This document shows positions 47,194 through 55,312 of a stretch of DNA of 64,000 bases, piece after piece. The stretch's first letter is position 1, and the number at the start of each line of letters is the position of its first letter. Both the position numbers and the translations under genes were made by a program. The notes beneath the pieces were generated by a model. It searched no databases. It had not been told where the DNA came from and was given only the letters and a program-made list of their open reading frames with translations. This DNA is from an uncultured Gemmatimonadales bacterium (GTDB taxonomy: Bacteria > Gemmatimonadota > Gemmatimonadetes > Longimicrobiales > Gaopeijiaceae): NCBI GenBank assembly GCA_963809895.1, contig CAWELD010000003.1, positions 3,520,001 to 3,584,000 on the forward strand. The letters run 5' to 3'.

Positions 47194-47919
47194 CTACGGG
47201 CCCCCGCTCGCCACCAGGCTCGCGTTCTCGATGCGGTCCAGCTCCGGGAACTCCTCGTCGAAGTAGGCCCCGCCCCGGGCGATGGCCATGGCCTGGTAGA
47301 CCCCCTCGCCCCGGGGCGGCCCGTCGCCGTAGCCCGAGTAGAGGCTCTCCACGACTTCCATTCCCTCCACCACCTCGCCGAAGGGCGCGAAGCCCTGGTC
47401 GTCGAGGGAGCGGTTGTCACCCAGGTTCACGAACACCTGGGTGGTACGGGAGTTGGGGCCACTCCGGGAGAAGGTCACGCGCCCCCGGGTGTTGGTCTGG
47501 GTGACCGGGTCGTCCACCAGCAGACGCTTCCGCCAGACGGCGTTCACGTAGGGGTCGTCGTGAATGCCCCACTCCGCCACGAAGCCCTCCAGCACCCGAT
47601 GGAAGCGGACGCCGTCGTACCATCCCCCCTTCACCAGGTTGTAGAAGCGATCGGCACCGAGCGGCGCCCAGTCCCGGTGGACCTCGACGACGAAGGTGCC
47701 CTGGGTGGTCCGGAACCGTGCCTGGAAGGTGGGGGGCGCCGTGTCCCGGAACGCCGACACGCGCAGGAGCGGATTCTGGAGCCTGGGATCGCCGGAGGAC
47801 TGGGAGCTGTCGCTGCCGCAGGCGACGGGGGCGGCCGCGACCAGGGCGCCCACCAGCGCCACCAGGATGCGGGCGGATCGGGTCGGGCGCCGGGGGGCGC
47901 GAGGCGTGGTCGGGTTCAT
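47194..47919 (-). CDS. Cyclophilin-type peptidyl-prolyl isomerase lipoprotein
   Basis: WAPLGADRFYNLV, FHRV, GPNSRTTQVFVNL, LD..GFAPFGEVVEGM; PVAC lipobox. Confidence 0.92.
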   Translation of the reverse strand: MNPTTPRAPRRPTRSARILVALVGALVAAAPVACGSDSSQSSGDPRLQNPLLRVSAFRDTAPPTFQARFRTTQGTFVVEVHRDWAPLGADRFYNLVKGGWYDGVRFHRVLEGFVAEWGIHDDPYVNAVWRKRLLVDDPVTQTNTRGRVTFSRSGPNSRTTQVFVNLGDNRSLDDQGFAPFGEVVEGMEVVESLYSGYGDGPPRGEGVYQAMAIARGGAYFDEEFPELDRIENASLVASGGP

Positions 47920-48080
47920 GCCGCATCGTGCGCTGAGGACGCCTCACGCGCAACGCGCGCTGCCGGGGCCGGAGCCGGTTCGCGGCCAGGCCTTCCCCCG
48001 GAGCTCCATCGGGTACACAATTCCGGCACGCGGGGCCCCGCCCCGGCACGAATCCAGCATCTCAGCACGGTGAAGTCAGC

Positions 48081-49640
48081 ATGAGCCAGAAGATTCTCGA
48101 GGCCCTGGGGATCGGTGACACCAACCCCGGTGGCTTCTGCGGCGAGTGGATCGGCTCGGGTCCCGAGTCCGAGGTCGTGACTCCCATCGACGGATCGGTC
48201 ATCGCCCGGGTGACGCAGGTCACGGAAGAGGAGTACGACCGCATCGTCGATCGTGCCCACGCGGCCTTCCTGGAATGGCGGACCGTACCGGCGCCGAAGC
48301 GGGGTGACGTGGTGCGACGCCTCGGCAACCGGCTCCGCGACAAGAAGAAGGAGCTGGGCGCGCTGGTGGCGCTGGAGATGGGCAAGATCGTCGCCGAGGG
48401 GGAGGGCGAGGTCCAGGAGATGATCGACATCTGCGACTTCGCCACCGGCCTGTCGCGGCAGCTCTACGGCCTGTCCATGCACTCCGAGCGCCCGGACCAC
48501 CGTATGGCCGAGCAGTGGCATCCCCTGGGAGTGGTCGGGGTGATCAGCGCCTTCAATTTCCCGGTGGCGGTCTGGAGCTGGAACGCCGCCATCGCCGCCG
48601 TGTGCGGCGACTCCACGCTCTGGAAGCCGGCCAGCAAGACCCCGCTCACTGCGGTCGCCGTCACGCGCATCGCCGAGGAGGTGTGTCGCGAGGCGGGCGT
48701 GGATCCGGCGATCTTCTCGCTGGTGGTCGGTCGTGGCTCTACGGTCGGCGACCGCCTTCTCCACGACAAGCGCATCCCCCTGGTATCGGCCACGGGTTCC
48801 TGTCAGGTGGGTCGGCGGGTGGCGGAAGTCGTGGGCAAGCGCCTGGGCCGCACCATCCTCGAGCTCGGTGGCAACAACGCCATCATCGTCACGGCCCACG
48901 CCAACCTGGACCTGGCCCTTCCGGCAATCCTGTTCGGCGCCGTGGGCACGGCGGGCCAGCGCTGCACGAGCACTCGGCGCATCATCGTGCACGAGTCGGT
49001 GCGTCAGGAGCTTCTCGACCGCCTGATCCGGGCCTACGGTGACATCCAGATCGGAGATCCCCGCGACGAAGGCACGCTCATGGGCCCCCTGGTCACCACC
49101 GGCGCGGTGGCGGACATGCAGGCCGCCATCCGGCGGGTGAAGGAGGAGGGCGGCGAGGTCCTGTACGGGGGCGAGCCGCTGGAGGGCGCCGAGTATCCCG
49201 GCGGCCACTGGGTGCGTCCCTGCATCGCCGCCGTGCAGAACGAGTTCGACATCGTCCAGGAGGAGACCTTCGCGCCCATCCTCTACATCATCGGATACGG
49301 AAGCAGCGATGCCTCACCGCGGCAATCGGTGGAGGAGCTCCACGAGGCCATCCGCATCCACAACGACGTCCCCCAGGGCCTGTCCTCGGCGATCTTCACC
49401 GAGCATCTGCGCGAGGCCGAGCTCTTCCTGTCCCAGCGGGGAAGCGACTGCGGAATCGCGAACGTCAACATCGGCACCAGCGGGGCGGAGATCGGTGGCG
49501 CCTTCGGAGGCGAGAAGGAGACGGGCGGTGGCCGGGAGTCGGGCTCCGACGCCTGGAAGGCCTACATGCGTCGGCAGACCAACACCGTGAACTGGAGCAC
49601 CGAGATGCCGCTGGCCCAGGGGATTCAGTTCGGCGGCTGA
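48081..49640 (+). CDS. Aldehyde dehydrogenase family 7 (piperideine-6-carboxylate/aminoadipate-semialdehyde dehydrogenase-like)
   Basis: SAFNFPVAVWSWN, LELGGNNA, GTAGQRCT, ETFAPILY, GAEIGGAFGGEKETGGGRESGSD. Confidence 0.93.
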   Translation: MSQKILEALGIGDTNPGGFCGEWIGSGPESEVVTPIDGSVIARVTQVTEEEYDRIVDRAHAAFLEWRTVPAPKRGDVVRRLGNRLRDKKKELGALVALEMGKIVAEGEGEVQEMIDICDFATGLSRQLYGLSMHSERPDHRMAEQWHPLGVVGVISAFNFPVAVWSWNAAIAAVCGDSTLWKPASKTPLTAVAVTRIAEEVCREAGVDPAIFSLVVGRGSTVGDRLLHDKRIPLVSATGSCQVGRRVAEVVGKRLGRTILELGGNNAIIVTAHANLDLALPAILFGAVGTAGQRCTSTRRIIVHESVRQELLDRLIRAYGDIQIGDPRDEGTLMGPLVTTGAVADMQAAIRRVKEEGGEVLYGGEPLEGAEYPGGHWVRPCIAAVQNEFDIVQEETFAPILYIIGYGSSDASPRQSVEELHEAIRIHNDVPQGLSSAIFTEHLREAELFLSQRGSDCGIANVNIGTSGAEIGGAFGGEKETGGGRESGSDAWKAYMRRQTNTVNWSTEMPLAQGIQFGG

Positions 49641-49650
49641 CGCTCGGGGC

Positions 49651-50715
49651 TCAGCTTCCCTCTGCTCCCGGCGGACGTTCCGGCGGTGGGCCCGGTGCCT
49701 CGGCGCGCCATCCCTCCGGCCACCGTGCCCGGGCGCCCTCCTTGCCCTCCAGCGGGTTGACGTACACGCGCTGGGTGGGATAGGCGAAGTCGATGTCGCT
49801 CTCGGCGGCGAAGGCGTCCAGTACCGCTTCCCAGATGGCCTGGGCCGTTCCGCGGCGCTGACGGGGCCGGCACAGGTAGCGCAGCGTGAGGAGCACCCCG
49901 GAGTCCTGGACCGAGGTGTACACCGTGGGCGTCAGCTTGTGGTAGTAGATGAGCACCTTGCGCGCGGCTCTCCGCATGGAGAGCTCCGCCTCGTCCGTCA
50001 CGTCGGCCGCCTGCTCCGCTGCGATCTCCTCGATGATGCGCTTGGCTTTGCGCCAGTCGCTCTCGAAGGTGACTAGAATCGCAGTTTCATTCCACAGATA
50101 CTCGAACTGCGCCGTGTAGTTGGCCAGGGGCGTGCTGAAGACCAGGGCGTTGGGCACGTGGATGATACGACCGGTGCTCTGATCCGCCGCCACCCAGTTG
50201 CCGATCTCGAGGAGCGTGAACTGGAAGACCCGGATGTCGACCACGTCGCCGGCGTGCTCGCCGATCTGGATACGGTCTCCCAGATCGAAGGGCCGGCGCC
50301 ACATGATGAAGACCCACCCGGCGAGATCGGTGACCGGGTCCTTGAGGGCGATGGCGAGCCCCGCGGTGAGGAGGCCCAGGAACGTGCCCAGGTTGCCGAT
50401 CCCCTCCAGCCAGACCGCGAGGACGAAGACGGCCGCCACCGCGAACGCCGCGTAGGCGGAGCCCTTGGACCAGCGGTAGCGGATGCGCACGTCCTCGATG
50501 CGGCCCTCGATGAACCGGAGGACCAGGCGCCGCGCCACCACCACGGCCACCACCGCGAGGATCGAGAGGACCAGGTTTCGGAGCGTGCCTGGACCCCCGG
50601 GTGTGAGGCCCTCCAACGCGTCGAAGAGGCCGCCGGGACCCCTCACCACGCTGTCGGCGAGGGGGCCGATGGGGGTCTGCGGGATGGTCGCCTGCCACAG
50701 GATGAATGCGATCAT
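49651..50715 (-). CDS. MscS-family mechanosensitive channel
   Basis: GLAIALKD, RPFDLGDRIQIG, GDVVDI, IHVPN, FAYPTQ. Confidence 0.92.
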   Translation of the reverse strand: MIAFILWQATIPQTPIGPLADSVVRGPGGLFDALEGLTPGGPGTLRNLVLSILAVVAVVVARRLVLRFIEGRIEDVRIRYRWSKGSAYAAFAVAAVFVLAVWLEGIGNLGTFLGLLTAGLAIALKDPVTDLAGWVFIMWRRPFDLGDRIQIGEHAGDVVDIRVFQFTLLEIGNWVAADQSTGRIIHVPNALVFSTPLANYTAQFEYLWNETAILVTFESDWRKAKRIIEEIAAEQAADVTDEAELSMRRAARKVLIYYHKLTPTVYTSVQDSGVLLTLRYLCRPRQRRGTAQAIWEAVLDAFAAESDIDFAYPTQRVYVNPLEGKEGARARWPEGWRAEAPGPPPERPPGAEGS

Positions 50716-50781
50716 GACCCAATGTGAGGCTACCGGGGGCCCTGCGACAGGCGGTGGCCAGGCGGGCAGCAGTCGCCCTGG

Positions 50782-51672
50782 CTAGTCGTCCTCGTCCCGG
50801 AGCGCACGGCCCACGATGAGGGTCACGTTGTCCGAGCCGCCTCCGTCCAGGGCGTCCTGCAGGAGATCCCGGCACACCTGCTCGGTCGAGGTCATGTCGA
50901 CGAGACGTTCGCGGATGCGCTCGTCCGAGACGTGCTTGGTGAGGCCGTCGCTGCAGAGGAGATGGACCACGCCCCAGTCCTGGTCGATGCCCGTGACCAC
51001 GGGTGAGCTCTGCTCTCCCCCTATGGAGCTGGAAAGGACGTGAGACCAGGGAAGCTCTCCCCTGCCGGTCCGTGTCAGCACGCCCTGGTCGAGGAGCTCC
51101 TGAGCAATGGTCTGGTCGCGAGACACCTGCGTGAGCTCGCCGTCACGCAGCATGTAGTAGCGGCTGTCTCCCGCCTGGAGCAGATAGGCCCTGGGCCACA
51201 CCCCGATCCACAGGGTGAGGGTGGTGGCCATGTTGCGCCGCTCCGGGTCCAGGCGGCCCCGCTCCACCAGCTCGCCGTGCACCTTGAGGGCCGCCTCCTG
51301 CAGGGCGTTGGAGAAGGCCGATTCGTCGGTGGGGTCCACCGTGTAGTAGGTGTGGAGGCACTCGGCCACGTAGCGCGTGATGTTCTCCACCGCCGTGCGG
51401 CTCGCCTCCTCACCTCGCGGCCCGCCCCCGACGCCGTCCGCCACCATGGCGAGAAAGGCGAGGCGCTCACCCAGGAGCGGACTGGACGGGAGGTCCGGAA
51501 GGCTCGTGAGGTGCACCTCCATGTGCTTGTGGAGGGAGCAGACCAGAAAGTGGTCCTGATTGACCTCGCGCACCTTGCCGACGTGGGTGAGGCCGTAGAC
51601 GTCGATCTGCTGGTCGGTGGGCTTGGCGTCGCTCCCGATGACGACGTCACCCGTGGGCCGCGGGCTGTCCAT
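50782..51672 (-). CDS. PP2C-family Ser/Thr protein phosphatase
   Basis: THVGKVREVNQD, VADGVGG, GDSR, LCSDGL, GGSDNVT. Confidence 0.93.
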   Translation of the reverse strand: MDSPRPTGDVVIGSDAKPTDQQIDVYGLTHVGKVREVNQDHFLVCSLHKHMEVHLTSLPDLPSSPLLGERLAFLAMVADGVGGGPRGEEASRTAVENITRYVAECLHTYYTVDPTDESAFSNALQEAALKVHGELVERGRLDPERRNMATTLTLWIGVWPRAYLLQAGDSRYYMLRDGELTQVSRDQTIAQELLDQGVLTRTGRGELPWSHVLSSSIGGEQSSPVVTGIDQDWGVVHLLCSDGLTKHVSDERIRERLVDMTSTEQVCRDLLQDALDGGGSDNVTLIVGRALRDEDD

Positions 51673-51826
51673 GCGGGGGTCCTCCGGATGCCGCGCTCGG
51701 GGAGAGACGAGGACGAAAGCGTCCGCCTACCCGGCCCACCTTGTCGGTCGCCGCCCGGCTGCGCAACCGTTCCCGACTGCGGGCCCTGAGCGGAGCGCCG
51801 CCCCACGCAGCGCATTCTCGCGCTGG

Positions 51827-51860
51827 TTGCGGCTGATAGCTGATCTGCTATCATCATCGA
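51827..51860 (+). promoter_or_regulatory. Promoter and operator of the small HTH gene (likely leaderless)
   Basis: Extended -10 TGcTATCAT ends 6 nt before the ATG; it is overlapped by the palindrome TGATAGC-N6-GCTATCA (51834-51853). Confidence 0.6.
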
Positions 51861-52097
51861 ATGGACGTCCTCGACGCCGCCACCCTCCTGCGGACGGCGC
51901 GCCTCCGCGCCGGCCTGACCCAGCGGGCTCTCGCCCGTCGGGCAGGGACGTCGCAGTCCGTGGTGGCACGCATCGAGTCGGGCCACACCGATCCGGGGGT
52001 GGAGACACTGCGGGGGCTCCTCGAGGCCGCCGGCTTCGTTGCCCGGTGCACCCTGCTGCGGGTGGCCTCGCTCGGGAGAGGCGTGGGGTCCGGCTAG
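51861..52097 (+). CDS. XRE-family HTH protein
   Basis: LLRTARLRAGLTQRALARRAGTSQSVVARIESG..DP. Confidence 0.85.
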   Translation: MDVLDAATLLRTARLRAGLTQRALARRAGTSQSVVARIESGHTDPGVETLRGLLEAAGFVARCTLLRVASLGRGVGSG

Positions 52098-52717
52098 TCC
52101 GTGACGTCCGCCGGCCCGATGTCGAAGCCCAGGATCCCCACGAAGACCCTCCCGGGTCCGTGGACGCCGCGCACCAGGATCTGGCCGATGTCCGCGGACT
52201 TGCTGGGACCCGAGTGGAGCCCCAGCGCCGACGACAGGGGCGCCTCGAGCCCTTCCAGGAACCCCAGCAACGTCGCGTGCACGTGAGCCTCGGGCACCCA
52301 CATCACGTGGCTCGGCGGGAGGAGCTGGCAGCGGCGGCCGTCCCGCGCATCTAGAACGACGGTTCCTGTTTCTGCTACGGCGCCCAGCGCCATGGAGACG
52401 CCCAGGGGGGCGTCCTCGTGGCGAAGCGCGGGAAGCGCAGGGCACAGCGCCGGCGGCAGGGTGGCCCCGCAAACCGCCCCCGTCAGCCCGTTGGCGATGC
52501 CGCCGAGCCAGCTCAGGGCCGCGTCCAGGTCGCCGAGTCGGGCGACCTCGCCACCGGCGGCTCGAAAACGCTCGCTGAAGGCCTCGACCGGCGAACGCGC
52601 GCCGGCGGCGCGGTTCCCGGGCCGCCAGCCGCCGAACACGCCGGGGTGGTCCGCGGGATCCCGGTCCGCCAGCGCGGCCCGGACTCGAGCCAGGACGGCG
52701 TCTCGCGCGTCGCTCAC
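52094..52717 (-). CDS. lutC: Lactate utilisation protein C (LUD domain)
   Basis: AVAETGT, LLPPSH, SGPSKSADI...GVHGP. GTGA overlap with lutB. Confidence 0.88.
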   Translation of the reverse strand: MSDARDAVLARVRAALADRDPADHPGVFGGWRPGNRAAGARSPVEAFSERFRAAGGEVARLGDLDAALSWLGGIANGLTGAVCGATLPPALCPALPALRHEDAPLGVSMALGAVAETGTVVLDARDGRRCQLLPPSHVMWVPEAHVHATLLGFLEGLEAPLSSALGLHSGPSKSADIGQILVRGVHGPGRVFVGILGFDIGPADVTD

Positions 52718-54105
52718 GTCGCCTCCTCGTCTCTGGCGTGAAAGGGCGGAGAGCTGGGTCGAGGCGGCTCGCGCTCCCGCGACCAGCCACCGAGGACCGG
52801 GAGGGCGCGTCCGCCCAGCTTCCACGGGATCCAGCGAAGCAGGCTGCCGGCGGCGCGAAAGAGCGCCGGTCGTTCGGCCAGCGACGCGAAAGTCCGCATG
52901 CCCAGGCCCTCGCTCCCCGGGGTGAGCCCGGCCTCCACGGCCCGTTCGCGCCAATGGATCAGGAGCTCCGGCAGGGGGATGCGCACCGGGCACACGTCGG
53001 CACACGCGCCGCACAGGCTGGACGCGAAGGGGAGCGGCATGGACTCTTCGAGGCCCAGGAGACCCGGCGCGAGCACGGCGCCGATGGGGCCCGAGTAGGC
53101 GAAGCCGTAGGGGTGCCCCCCGGTCTGGCGGAATACGGGGCAGATGTTGAGGCAGGCGCCGCAGCGCACGCAGCGCAGCGCTTCGTGGGCGCGCTCGTCG
53201 GCCAGGAGGGTCGTGCGGCCGTTGTCCACCAGCACCACGTGCACCTCGTCGGGGCCGTCGGGCTCGTCGGCTCGCCGGGGCCCGTGGAGCAGCGACACGT
53301 AGTTGCCGATGGGCTGTCCCGTGGCGGCCTGGGCCGTGAGCTGGAGGAATCCGGCCAGATCTCCGAAGCGCGGCAGCAGCTTCTCGATGCCCACGAAGGC
53401 CACGTGCACCCTGGGCAGAGAGGTGGTGAGGCGGATGTTGCCCTCGTTCTCGATGAGCGCCAGGGTCCCGGTCTCCGCCACCAGGAAGTTGCCGCCGCTG
53501 ATGCCCAGATCGGCGGCCAGGAAATCCTCGCGCAGCGCCTGCCGGGCCGCCGCGGCCAGGACCTCGGGCGCCGCGTCCAGGGGCGTGCCCAGCTCGCGGT
53601 GGAAAAGCTCCCGACAGTCCGCCAGGCTCCGGTGGATGGCCGGCCCGACGATGTGGCTGGGAGGCTCGTCCAGGAGCTGGATGATGTATTCGCCCAGGTC
53701 GGTCTCGCGTACGCGGACGCCCCGGGATTCGAGGAAGGGGTTCACGCCGAGCTCCTCGCTCAGCATGCTCTTGCCCTTCACGCAGCGGGACAGCCCGCGG
53801 CTCTCCACGATCGTGCCCAGGATGCGGAGCGCCTCGCCTGCGTCGCCGGCCCAGTGGACCTCCACGCCGTTGGCCTGAAGCCGCTGCTCGGCCCGTTCCA
53901 GATAGGTGTCGAGTCCGGCCAGGAGGTGCCGCTTCACGTCCCGTGCCCAATCCCGCCACCTGTCGGCGTCGATCTCCCGCCACGCGGCGGAGCGGTGGGC
54001 GTCGAAGGAACGGGTCGCCGCGGTGACGGCGTCGCGCATGGCCGGCTGCTCGCGGATGACCGTTTCCGCTGCCTGCGCGTAGCCTTCAGGGCGCCGGCCG
54101 CTCAC
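52714..54105 (-). CDS. lutB: Lactate utilisation Fe-S protein B
   Basis: KGKSMLSEE, ETDLGEYI, PSHIVGPAIH, ENEGN, CVRCGACLNICP, SSLCGACADVCP. Confidence 0.93.
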   Translation of the reverse strand: MSGRRPEGYAQAAETVIREQPAMRDAVTAATRSFDAHRSAAWREIDADRWRDWARDVKRHLLAGLDTYLERAEQRLQANGVEVHWAGDAGEALRILGTIVESRGLSRCVKGKSMLSEELGVNPFLESRGVRVRETDLGEYIIQLLDEPPSHIVGPAIHRSLADCRELFHRELGTPLDAAPEVLAAAARQALREDFLAADLGISGGNFLVAETGTLALIENEGNIRLTTSLPRVHVAFVGIEKLLPRFGDLAGFLQLTAQAATGQPIGNYVSLLHGPRRADEPDGPDEVHVVLVDNGRTTLLADERAHEALRCVRCGACLNICPVFRQTGGHPYGFAYSGPIGAVLAPGLLGLEESMPLPFASSLCGACADVCPVRIPLPELLIHWRERAVEAGLTPGSEGLGMRTFASLAERPALFRAAGSLLRWIPWKLGGRALPVLGGWSREREPPRPSSPPFHARDEEAT

Positions 54106-54854
54106 GGCGCCGTCTCCAAGCGCTGGGTGGCGGGAGCGAGCCCCGCCGCTTCGGCCAGGAGCTCCGCGAGGTGCCGGAAGGCCGGCGCTCCACCCGTCCT
54201 CTGCCGCTGCGCCCGTCCCGCGAGCTGCATGAGGCAGCCGCCGTCTGCCGAGGTCACCACGTCGACGGGCGGGAGCGTGCCGAGCTTGCGGTCGGCCATC
54301 CCCGCGGACACGGCCGGGAGCTTCACCGAGAAGAGCCCGCCGAATCCGCAGCACTCCTGGTCGGCCTCCCAGTCCGCGATGCCGGCACCGGCGCTCCTGA
54401 GCAACGTCAGCGGCTGGTCGTGCACGCCCAGCTCCCGGAGGGCGTGGCAGCCGTGGTGATAGGCCACCGTGCGACCGTCGAGGCCCCGGCCGACGGAGGT
54501 CAGACCGAGGACGTCCACGAGGAACTGACTCAGTTCGAAGGTGCGCGCCGCCAGGCCCTCGGCTTCGGCCCCCTCGGCGGCGGGCAGGAGCTCCGGATAG
54601 CCCCGGAGCATGCCGGCGCAGCTCCCCGACGGCAGGACCACGTACTCGGCATCCCGAAAGACCCCCAGCGTGTGCCGGGCCATGCGCACCGCCTCGGTCC
54701 GGTGGCCCGAGTTGTACGCCGGTTGGCCGCAGCAGGTCTGGCCCGAGGGTACGACGACCTCGACGTCCAGATGCCGGAGCAGCCGAACCGCGGCGGAGCA
54801 GGCGTCGGCGAAGAAGCGGTCACCGAGACAGGTGGCGAAGAGAGAGACGCGCAT
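54102..54854 (-). CDS. lutA: Lactate utilisation protein A (CCG domains)
   Basis: SLFATCL, QTCCGQPAYNSG, SGSC, CH.LR, CCGFGG.F. Confidence 0.93.
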   Translation of the reverse strand: MRVSLFATCLGDRFFADACSAAVRLLRHLDVEVVVPSGQTCCGQPAYNSGHRTEAVRMARHTLGVFRDAEYVVLPSGSCAGMLRGYPELLPAAEGAEAEGLAARTFELSQFLVDVLGLTSVGRGLDGRTVAYHHGCHALRELGVHDQPLTLLRSAGAGIADWEADQECCGFGGLFSVKLPAVSAGMADRKLGTLPPVDVVTSADGGCLMQLAGRAQRQRTGGAPAFRHLAELLAEAAGLAPATQRLETAP

Positions 54855-54933
54855 GACGTGTAAACATGCGGCATGGCGTGTGCCGCCGCGACCGCTCGCC
54901 GACGAAGGTAGCGGGCGAAGGGGCTGCTCCGGT

Positions 54934-55284
54934 TCAGCCCGTGCCGCCGGCCTCCACTCCCAGGACGCGGGCCACGGCCCCTGCGTGGGCGGTCCAGCGT
55001 GCCACCTCGGCCTCGAGCTCCGCCCGTCCCTGGGGGGTCAGGCGGTAGAAGCGGGCGCGGCGGTTGTTCTCCGACACGCCCCATTCGGCGGCCAGGAGTC
55101 CGTCGCGCTCCAGGCGATGCAGCGCCGGATAGAGGGCGCCCTCCTCCACCTGGAGCACGTCGTCGGAGTCGGCCTGGATTCTCCGGGCGATGGCCAGCCC
55201 GTGGAGCGGGCCTTCGTCCGCGGCCCGCAGCACCAGGAGGTTGAGGGTACCGTAGAGTGAGCCTGAGTCGATGCGAGGCGTCAT
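54934..55284 (-). CDS. PadR-family regulator (Acidobacteria-type)
   Basis: GTLNLLVL, HGLAIA, VEEGALYPALHRLE, WGVSENNRRARFYRLT. Confidence 0.92.
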   Translation of the reverse strand: MTPRIDSGSLYGTLNLLVLRAADEGPLHGLAIARRIQADSDDVLQVEEGALYPALHRLERDGLLAAEWGVSENNRRARFYRLTPQGRAELEAEVARWTAHAGAVARVLGVEAGGTG

Positions 55285-55312
55285 GGGCTTCGGTTGGAGA
55301 CGGGTAGGAGGA

